This document shows, piece after piece, positions 62,566 to 64,000 of a DNA stretch of 64,000 nucleotides. This stretch comes from Mobula hypostoma. Its lineage: Eukaryota. Location: positions 24,306,001 through 24,370,000 of the forward strand of contig NC_086097.1 in the NCBI RefSeq assembly GCF_963921235.1. Direction: 5' to 3'. Both the position numbers and the translations under genes were made by a program. The notes below the pieces were generated by a model. That model saw only the letters and a list, made by a program, of their open reading frames with translations, was not told the DNA's origin and searched no databases. Numbering within the stretch: position 1 is the stretch's first letter; the number at the start of each line of letters is the position of its first letter.

Positions 62566-63589
62566 ACCCCAGTGCCTAGGAAGATCCTTGTCATGTCAGT
62601 GTTAATAAACCTGATTCTGATGCTGACTTTGAATCTGAATGTAGTAAGAGATTAAGATACAGTCGCAGAACTCAAACAGAAGAGATACTATTAAGGACAT
62701 TCTGTTCTTCTCTCAGATTGAGCTGTTCTGGAGGGAAGGTGACAAAATGAAGGAGATTCACATGAAGGATGGTGCGGATGGAGGAAGGGGATGAGTCGAT
62801 AGAGAGTAAGGGTGAGGAGAGAGGGATTCAAATAAGAGGAATGATAACTTCATTTAAGAAAATTCAATGATATCAAAATAACATGTTCAAACTGCTAAAA
62901 TTAATTTTCCAACAGATTACTGAGGCAGCATATACCAGTATAAATTCCATCTCACATTTCTTCTGATTATCTGGTCCAGTGGGTCTGTAATAATCCAGCT
63001 GTATTCGAGTCACTGTTTGGAGTTTACAGAAAACACAAACCAAATGTCTGCAGTAATAACCTCAGCTTTGATCACTGTCAAAATGTTGTCAAGTGACCCT
63101 CCCGAGAGTTTTCCATGGAGCTAATCATCTAGCTATCACTGCGATGCCACTCTCTCTCCCGCCAATGCTTCCGTGACCCAAAGGACCTTCAGATGGTTAC
63201 GAGCAGATGCACTAAAGCATAACCTGTGTGGGTTGTTTTCCTGGAGCAACAGCAAAACTGGGAGCGGGGCTGAGGAAAATGTTAGGGTCAGAATTTGCAG
63301 GGCCACTGAATGCAGAGGTCATAGGCCTCTGGTTAGTTGGGTGATTTCTGGGCAGTTTCAGTGGCCCTCTGTAGCCCTGCTCCACCATGCGGTATTCAAT
63401 GTGTGACTGAAACCCATGACCTACCATTCTTCTATATAGTGAAAAATTCAGTTGACAAAAACCTGTGCACCACAGATTTAAAATTGGAAGTTTGACTCAA
63501 TATCAATTTTCATAGTCATTCTGCACAGAAACAGATGCACCTACTGAGGAAGGGTATCAAAGCTCATAGTGTGATCTTGGCCAGTTGGG

Positions 63590-63800
63590 AAAATGAGCTG
63601 AAAAATGGCAGACAGAATTTAATGCAGACAATTGTGAGATGTTGCGCTTTGGGAGGACAAACCTGGGTAAGACTTGTTCAGTGAATGGTAGCGCTCTGAG
63701 GTGTGCAGTAGAGGAAAGGAACCTGGGAATTCAGATCCATAATTCCTTGTAAGTGCCATCACAGATAGATAGGGTTGTAAAGAGAGTTTTCATCACATTG
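63590..63800 (+). mobile_element. CR1 RT fragment
   Basis: WQTEFNADNCEMLRFGRTN..VNG..EERNLGIQIHNSL. Confidence 0.7.
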
Positions 63801-64000
63801 AATACTGGAGGAACTCAGCAGGTCAGGCAGCATCCAAGGCGAGGAATAAACAGTCCATATTTCAGTCTGAGACCATCCATCATCAGTCCTGATGAAGGAT
63901 CTCAGTCTGAAACGTTGACTGTTTATACTTCTCTATCGATTCCGCCCGACCTGCTGAGTTCCTCCAGCATTTTGTGTGTGTTACTGTGGATTCCCAGAAT
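63801..64000. mobile_element. Inverted-pair Penelope pseudo-LTR element, runs off the window
   Basis: AATACTGGAGGAACTCAGCAGGTCAGG arm versus CCGACCTGCTGAGTTCCTCCAGCATTTTG arm. Confidence 0.8.
63884..63921 (+). ncRNA. Minimal type-I hammerhead ribozyme motif (core intact, GUU triplet)
   Basis: CAGUC CUGAUGA A GGAU CUCA GUCU GAAA CG UU GACUG. Confidence 0.7.

Overview
Eukaryotic (vertebrate) genomic DNA. The repeat landscape suggests a cartilaginous fish, probably a ray; this is inference, not a search result. The only host coding sequence I can support is one 182-bp + strand neurexin exon (1790-1971, start of the LNS6 domain, closest to NRXN3). The other ~62 kb appears to be the following intron. 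It is filled with CR1, Rex1/Babar and RTE LINE fragments, tRNA-derived SINEs, two Tc1 transposons, Tc1 and hAT MITEs and microsatellites, often nested with readable target-site duplications (TSDs). The most interesting signal is a dispersed family (about 15 copies) of short Penelope-derived elements carrying a minimal type-I hammerhead ribozyme motif (CAGUC-CUGANGA-A-GGGU CUCG GCCC-GAAA-CG-UC-GACUG). Two copies are still attached to Penelope GIY-YIG endonuclease coding remnants, one ~120-bp copy has its own 15-bp TSD, many occur as inverted (hairpin) pairs, and two core-intact copies lie on the sense strand of the neurexin pre-mRNA. A tRNA-SINE sharing its 3' tail with the RTE LINE in the same window is also directly visible. 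Boundaries of old, degraded repeats are approximate.
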